Below are positions 56,376 to 64,000 of a stretch of 64,000 bases of DNA, piece by piece. Under the pieces are notes generated by a model. It was given only the letters and a program-made list of their open reading frames with translations, was not told the DNA's origin and made no database searches. The DNA lies in assembly GCF_009914755.1 (NCBI RefSeq), contig NC_060928.1, one strand, 5' to 3'. The position numbers and the translations under genes are program-made. The number at the start of each line of letters is the position of its first letter. Position 1 is the stretch's first letter. This stretch comes from the human T2T-CHM13v2.0 reference genome, Homo sapiens.

Positions 56376-58322
56376 TTGTAACATTAATCTGCTGAACTCA
56401 ACGTTCAATCCATTGGGATCATTCTTTATCTTTGTAAAGAATTATATGATATGACGTTGCCAGAGTGGAAATGAGATGAGTCATTATCAAAAATTTCACT
56501 AATAAGATTTCATGAAGAGTTGTGATCATACTACAAAGAACCCAAGTTCTCTCTGCTTCTCAATTAGTGTTTAGACAGGCTTTTCAGCTGGCTCTGTCAT
56601 CTTGCCCATGGCCAAAATATTACATAGGACTATCTCAATTAAAATAAATCCCTCTGAGTGTAGGTGTTATTGAAAACATAATCTCCATCCTATATGAAGG
56701 TTGTATTCTAAAATGTTCTTTTAATTCAGCCATTTGGAACTCAAATGATTTTTTCTATGTAAGTTGGATTGTGTAGTGTTCTCTATTTTTCCAGGAAGGC
56801 CACAAAAGGCAATTCTGTCCATAAAATGTCTAAATATGATGGCTAATTCTATTTTAACTGCACTTAATTATTGTTCTGTAACAGGTGTATTCAAAATAAC
56901 ACGTCTTCCCCTTCTGAAGGATGGGGCTCTCTATCTCCTATCAAAGTGTTGTTTTATCAGAAGGCTGGCTCTCTGGCAAAGAGTGTGAGTTGGCTTAGAA
57001 GTTTTCTGTATTCCAACAGATTGCCTATATTTTTGTAGAAATGGATAATTGTTTTTTGTAGTTGGAAAGATAAATCTCTAGCTTAAACACCAACATTTAT
57101 GCTCCCATTATGTCCTACACACTGTGGTAGGTACTGAAGAAAAAACATAGAGGTCAAAGACACTGGCTAGGCTTTAAGGGCATTAGAGAAGCAGGGAACT
57201 CAGTACTCACACTTATCTATTGCACAAAATACTCAGCATATAATAATAAATGAGGCTGAAGAAAATGTGAGCTGAGGATATTTCGTATGGGTTCTTGCAA
57301 AATTTTTCAGACTAAAAATTTTACCCATTCATAGGTTTTATTAAGATGTCACTGAAAGCCCTGGACATACACTTTGAAAAGTTTAATTAAGAAGTTGCAG
57401 GTTTGAAAATTTGGAAGGGAGAATAACTATTAGAGGACCGGTTAGTTTATTGCAATGGTTCAATCTCTCTCCTTAAAGTTGGAGAACAATGATCAAATAT
57501 CTCCAGTATAAAAATAAAATCCTATATAGACACAAAACTACTTTATGAAATTTCATATATAATAGTTTCATTAGACAAAGGGTATTACTAATAAGACATC
57601 AATACTTACAGGAATTCCTGCATCGAAGTTATGCAAGAAAGCTCAAATATTTCACTTTAGATAACTTTATACCCTTTATACTAGGCATCTAACAGCAAAT
57701 AACTATCATTTGAGAAAATATCTCCTTTTCCTAGTCTGTCACAATGAAGTGTAATCAGTCTGTATGGAAATATGCGCCATACAGGTAAAAATACTTTGAA
57801 AAATATGTGATTTCCTCTTTCTGTTATACAGAAAACATAGTAATTGCATAAAATATTATAGATATGTCAGCTTTGGAAGTCTGAAAATAGTGTTCCTGAC
57901 TAATAAAAAATCAAGTTTCTAAGAAAATTAAAGTAAGACAGTGAAACCAATAGATGCTTAAAGAAATCATGATATTAAGCATATTGAGGCCAGCCTAATC
58001 AGCCTAATCTTTTGGATCACTGAGATCTCACTCTTTGCTGGATGCTTATAAGAAAATATTCAGCTCCATGAAGAAATGTGACAGTTAAATAATTTAGTGG
58101 CAACTTCTATGTTATCACACTGGCATTTTTCTTTTCCATACTTATTCAAGCATGGTGGTTTATGACAATTTTCTTTTTCTAACACAAGAAGAAAAAATAA
58201 TTGGTTTTTTATTCCTACACATATATCACACACACACATACAGTTACAAAATGTAGTTCAAAAAGTCAAATATAGTTAAAGATTGAAGTTAAATTGAAAA
58301 CTTTTAAATTGTTCAAAGGAAA

Positions 58323-58614
58323 TTTTTTTTTTTTTTGAGACAGAGTCTTACTCTGTCACCCAGACTGGAGTGCAGTGGCACGATCTCGGCTCACTGCAAC
58401 CTCTGCCTCCTGGGTTCAAGTGATTCCCTGCCTCAGCCTCCCGAGTAGCTGGGATTACAGGCATCAGCCACCAGGCCCACCAAATTTTTGTATTTTTAGT
58501 AGAGACGGGTTTCACCATCTTTGCCAGGCTGGTCTTGAACTCCTGACCTCGTGATTTGACCGTCTCAGCCTCCCAAAGTACTGGGATTACAGGAGTGAGC
58601 CACAGTGCCTGGCC
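58323..58614 (-). mobile_element. AluSg-like
   Basis: gacctcgtgat variant; TSD ggaaattttttt. Confidence 0.94.
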
Positions 58615-58699
58615 GGAAATTTTTTTGACATAGAAAAAACACGAAATGTGATCAGCTTACTAGGTGCCACTTTCTTTGCAAGTTGAAAGCTATGTAATA

Positions 58700-61600
58700 T
58701 TGGACACTGAATCTTTATAAAATATAATATTGAGATATCTGATCTCTGATTTTCTTTCCAGGCCCATAACGAGACAGTCAAGCCATTAGTCACTGCCAGA
58801 AATCTGCACACATTCCCACATTCAGCCACTTGACCTACTATACAAAATGAATGGTTAGTGATATAATTTGACTGTGTCCCCACACAAATCTCATCTTGAA
58901 TCGTAGCTCCCATAATTCCTACATGTTGTGGGAGAGACCCAGTGGTAGGTAATTGATTCATGGAGGCAGGTCTTTCTCATGATAGTGAATAAATATCTGA
59001 TAAATAATAGTGAATAGTATATGATGGTTTTATAAAGGGGAGTTCCACTGCGCACGCTGTCTTGCCTGCCACACTGCCACATAAGACATGACTTTCTCTT
59101 TCTTTGTCTTCCACCATGATTGTGAGGCCTTCCCAGCCATGTGGAACTGTAAGTCCATTAAACCTCTTTTTTTTTTTAATTTATTACCCAGTCTCAGGTA
59201 AGTCTTTATTAGCAGCATGAGAACTAACTAATAGTTAGGCCTACTCCTCACAATTCTACTCATTGAGAACCTATTTTTCTCACTGCCTTTTAAAACCACC
59301 CCTGTATGTGACTGTAATGTAGCTACAATCCATTCTTAGCTTCTTCTTTCATGTCAGTATGTCCCAATCATAAAGTAGAAGTTGGGCATTTTCCTTCTCT
59401 GCTAGCTACTAGTATCATCCCCTGTAGGTGACAACCAGGGAAGAGGTTCTGGTGCTACTATAGTGGGTAACCTGGGAGTCTGGGCTGCCTGCTCCTCAGC
59501 TTATCCATGCTTACTATTCTCTGCTCAGTCTCAGATGTACAATTTCCATTTTTGGATGAACTGCTATTTCAGCCCATTCAACTTTATGACTTGGAACAGC
59601 TGACATAACTCAGATCATAGGGACAGTTCTTTGATGCATACTCACCTGGTGGCCTATCATCAAATGTTTCATGTCTATGAAAGCCCTGTAACATGCCAAG
59701 AGTTACTTCTAAAACGATACACGAATCTCTGTTGAGGATGGGTTGGCTTTTTTCCAGAATTCCAGGGGACTTTGTTGTAATTTTTTCACAGAGGTGACAC
59801 AAATATATCATACCATATAGTCTGCAATCACTGACACCATAGGGCTTGATGAATCACTGTGGTAGAACAGTTTGCCCCTCAGCCTAGACCTGCTGCAGAG
59901 GTATCAACAAATCTGCAGCCTTCTTTGTCACCCAGTATATTGGCCTGGAGCAGTATTGCTAAATCCGGGATATGTTGCCTCAAGAGCTCAATGAGGTCTA
60001 CCAAGAGCTGTACTTTATTTATTATGGGTAGGAACTGAGAGGCCATGAACCTTAAAAAGTTGACTAAAGTGTCAGGTCACTGAATCTTCAGAGTGTTTAT
60101 TTTTCACCCTCCAGAGCATATGTGTGAGACACCAAAGCTCTAATGGTGTAGATTTAGCTACCTCTTGCTCATCCTGTCCAAGTAGGGTGATGTCATTGTT
60201 TTAATGGATCAGTGTGATATCCTGTGGAATATTCAGGTAGTACAAATATCTTCATAATATATTAAGGAAGAGGGTAGGAAAATTAGTATAGTACCAATGC
60301 AGAACTGTCAATGAATATTGTAATTCATCTGAGGTAAATGGAAACTGTCCGTCATCCTCTTGCCTAATCAAAATAGCTGCATTCCACATACCTAAGATCT
60401 TGTTAATCTACTCTAGCGACAATTTCACATGTCTTACAACAGTGTGGTTGGAGCTACCACTGGTTGAATTTGCAGTGATCTCTCAGCCATTTTCTACAAT
60501 CCTTTCACTTTTTTTAGGAACCAAACTAGTGAATTAAATTAATTACAAAATAAGAAACCACATCCTTCCTTATTTTAGGTTTTTACAGGTAGAATATCTG
60601 CCATGTCCCCCTCTCCCCAGTATGTAATACTACTTTTGCTGTTCTGTTTTGAAGTCATTTTGTAAGGTTTCTACTTGGCTTTGCACAAAGGCCTCTCCCA
60701 AAAACCAAGTACTCAGTGTGAAATTTATCCCAACTGCCAATTATGTCCATTCCAATATCACACTCAGGGACTGAGGAAATGACCACTAAGAGGGTAATGG
60801 ACCAAGGTAGCCAAGTGTGAGCTGAACGTCAACTAGGACTCCATTTACTACCTGGCTCCCACAGACCTCCTTTCTAAAAGTGGGACCATGATGACACTTT
60901 GAATCTTTAGTTACAAGTGCCAACTCAAACCTGGTGTTCAATAATTCTCAAAATGTGTAAGTATTACTTTCCTCAAAATGCCTGTGTAAATGGCCATAGG
61001 TTCCTCTGGGTGATGGTTTGGAGAAACCATTACCATATATATATTCCTTGCAAGGTCACAGGCTTATTCATATTAGGAGCCTAGTGACCAGTTCAGTCAA
61101 ATAGATTTCAAGTTTAAAAATTAGCTTAGGACTGGGACTTGAGAAAAAAAAAAATCACAGAATTTTCAGAGGACACTTTTGGTATCTAGTTCCTCCCATG
61201 GTTGTCTTTTACTGACTGTAGATGTTAAATAACACAGTTTGGCTGCCATTCTATTTTGTCCCTCAGAACACCATATTCTGTGAATCACTTCCATAGTTCC
61301 TTGTGGAGCAGTGCTTTTGTTCACCCCTCAAGCATTGCTTTAAGTAAATGTAGTTTCATGCCCTATTTTCTGGTTAAGTGATGTCATCTGGCTTCTATTA
61401 TTTCAGAGCCCAATCATCTCAACGGACACTAAGGAACTCAGTTCTACTAGCAGTTACCTCTCCAACTCTTAGTCTCTCTCTGCAGAAGAAATAAAATTCA
61501 CATGGCGTTAGTGCTCCTTTTAACAGCTCATTTCTCATATATCCTCTGGTCCCTCATGCCCAGCTGATCTTCACATAATCTATGCATTACAAAATGTCCA

Positions 61601-62220
61601 CCTTGCACAGCTACTTTATTCCTGGCTCCACTAAGCCAGGGAAACTCAATCATTTTCATATCACTCAGCACTGGCTGTTACTTTTTTTAGGCTTCTGAAA
61701 GCCCTAACAGTGAGTACATTCCACCTCCCAGTGTTTTGCCAGAGTTTATATTCTGTGTCCCAAGAAAGTGCCCCAAAGTGAATGAATTACTTATCTTACT
61801 TATATTTGATTCTATTGGTAAAATTTCAGTCTTGAGGGTAGTTTGCTGACTCGTGTACATGGGAGCTCTTTGGGTATAAAACCTTCTTCCATCTCTATCA
61901 CTTAGTTACTGACCAATTATCAGAAGAGGAGCTCCTTAAGAAGCTCCTCTCTCTGCCTTTCTGAGAGGAAAAATCTTTTTCAACATCCTTAGCATAGATG
62001 TAAGCTATGAAGGCTCTGGAGAGTAATACAGGGACAGCATCCTTGAGATAAAATAGAGATATTTTCATCTCATATTTCAGGGTCCCAAATTCCTTCTAAG
62101 ACCCTCACCTCGCATAATAGATCTTCTTTAAGGGCTGAGCATTTAAAGGTCTGCAAAGCTCTGCAGACTTCAGTTAGCTGCTCTGCTTTATTTGCTCTTC
62201 CATTGCAAGAAATGAAATTT
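58700..62220 (-). mobile_element. Decayed ERVL internal region (gag-pro-pol), interrupted by THE1
   Basis: Antisense RNase H remnant across 58760-59340; RT IPQDITLIH..DDI near 60190-60230; protease-like LLNTRFEL near 60920-60950. Confidence 0.72.
58859..59233 (+). mobile_element. THE1 (B/C-like) MaLR solo LTR
   Basis: tgatataatttgactgtgtcccca...ccatgattgtgaggcc..ccagccatgtggaactgtaagtccattaaacctc; 5-bp TSD GTTAG at 58854-58858 and 59234-59238. Confidence 0.93.
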
Positions 62221-62227
62221 TCTTTTT

Positions 62228-62300
62228 AGAATTAATAAGTGAGGATTCCCTTTTCCTTGAGTTTTTTTGAACAGCTTCAGTATTACTGGTACTAGTTCTT
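62228..62300 (-). mobile_element. Inverted L1 ORF2 fragment
   Basis: Reverse complement reads ELVPVILKLFKK, then after a frameshift EKGIL; matches L1 ORF2 EELVPILLKLFQ...EGIL. Confidence 0.7.
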
Positions 62301-64000
62301 CCAGGATACAAAATCAATGAACAAAAATCAGTTGCATTTCTATACACCAGTAATGACCAAGCTGAAAACCAAATCAAGAACTAAATACCACTTCCAACAG
62401 CTACCCAAAAAAGTGCGTAGGAGGCTGGGTGCGGTGGCTCACGTCTGTAATCCCAGCACTTTGGGAAGCCGAGGTGGGTGGACCTGAGGTCAGGAGTTTG
62501 AGACCAGCTTGACAAACATGGTGAAACCTTGTCTCTACTGAACATTCAAAAATTAGCCAGGCATGGTGGTGCACACCTGTAGTCACAGCTACTCAGGAGG
62601 CTGAGGCAGAAGAATCGCTTGAACCCAGGAGGCAGAGGTTGCAGTGAGCCAAGATTGCGCCACTACACTCCAGCCTGGGCGACAGAGTGAGACTCCATGT
62701 CAAAAAAAAAAAAAAAACGTGCCTAGGAATACATTTAAGAAGATGAAAGATCTCTATATGAATAACTACAAAACACTGATAAAAGAAAATATAGATGATA
62801 CAAAAAAAATGGAAGAACATCCCATGCTCATGGATTAGGAAAATCAATGTTATTAAAACAACATGACTCCCCCAAATAATCTAGAGTTTCAATGCAATTC
62901 CTATCAAAATGCCAACTTCACTTCTCACAGAATTAGAAAAAAAAAATCCTAAAATTCCTGTGGAATCAAAAAAGAACCCAAATAGCCAAAGCAATCCTAG
63001 GCAAAAGAAAAAAGCTAGAGGCATCACATTACCAGACTTCAAATTATACTACAAGGATATAGTAACCAAAATATTATGGTACTGGTATAAAACTGGACAG
63101 CTAGATCAATGGAATAGAATAGAGAACCTAGAAATAAAGCCACATACTTAAAACCAACTGGTCTTCAACAGAGTAGAGAAAAACATACGCTGGAGAAAGA
63201 CACTCTATTCCATAAATGGTGCTAGGGAAACTGGATAGCCACATGCAGAAGAATGTAACTGGATCCCTATGTCTCATCATGTAAAAAAATTAACTCAAGA
63301 AGGATTAAAGGCTTAAATATAAGAGTTGAAACTATGAGAATTCTATAAGAAAACCTAGGAAAAACTCTTTTCGACATTGGCCTTGGAAAAGAATTTATGA
63401 CTAAGACCTCAAAAGCAATTGCAACAAAAACAAAAATAGACAAATGGAATTTAATTAAACCAAAAGGCTTTCACACAGCAAATGAAATAATCAACATGGC
63501 AAACAGACAACCTATAGAATTGGAGAAAATATTTTCAAACTATGCATCCTACAAAATGGATTCATTTATCTAGACTAGTATCTAGAGTCTATGAAATACT
63601 CAACAGGAAAAAAGCACAAAATACCATTAAAAAGTAGGCAAAGCACATAAGCAGACGTTTTCAAAGGAAGACATACAAATGTCCAAGAAACATATGAATG
63701 TTCAACGTCTCTAAACATCAGAGAAATGCAAATTAAACCCATAATGAGATAACATATTACACTCATCAGAATGACTATTATTAAAAAGTTAAAAAAATAA
63801 AAACAAAAACAAGTTGGTGAAAATGCAGAGAAAAGAGAACACGTTATACACTGGCGGTGGGAATGTAAATTAGTACAATCTTTATGGAAAACAGTACAGA
63901 GGTTCTCAAAAACTAAAAAACGGAACTATCATTTGATCTAGCCACCCCACTACTAGGTATCTACTCAAAGAAAAAGAAATCATTATTTTACAAAGACACC
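62301..64000 (+). mobile_element. L1PB/L1MA-age ORF2 3' portion (continues past window end)
   Basis: GYKIN; [24 protein letters not shown]...DQWNRIEN; frames broken. Confidence 0.93.
62423..62717 (+). mobile_element. AluSx-like inside L1
   Basis: Full Alu; TSD about aaaaaa(c)gtgc(g/c)tagga. Confidence 0.95.

Overview
AT-rich, CpG-poor primate (human-like) non-coding DNA, either intergenic or deep intronic. I recognise no intact protein-coding gene, RNA gene, CpG island or CRISPR array. The ORF track consists of L1 ORF2 fragments, Alu-derived frames and chance ORFs. Much of the window is transposon relics: L1 (L1PA, L1M, L1PB/MA), about 17 Alu/FLAM copies including a young AluYe-like one, MaLR and ERV1/ERVL solo LTRs, two decayed ERVL internal regions, DNA transposons (Tigger1, MER2, MER58A, MER20) and L2/MIR. 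I do not find a new biological system. The best second-look items are nested insertions with readable target-site duplications (TSDs), a complex templated duplication inside an ERVL, an Alu with a duplicated 3' end, an L1 5' inversion, unusual microsatellites and a few candidate non-coding exons/enhancers. Subfamily names come from recalled consensus features and need RepeatMasker/Dfam confirmation.
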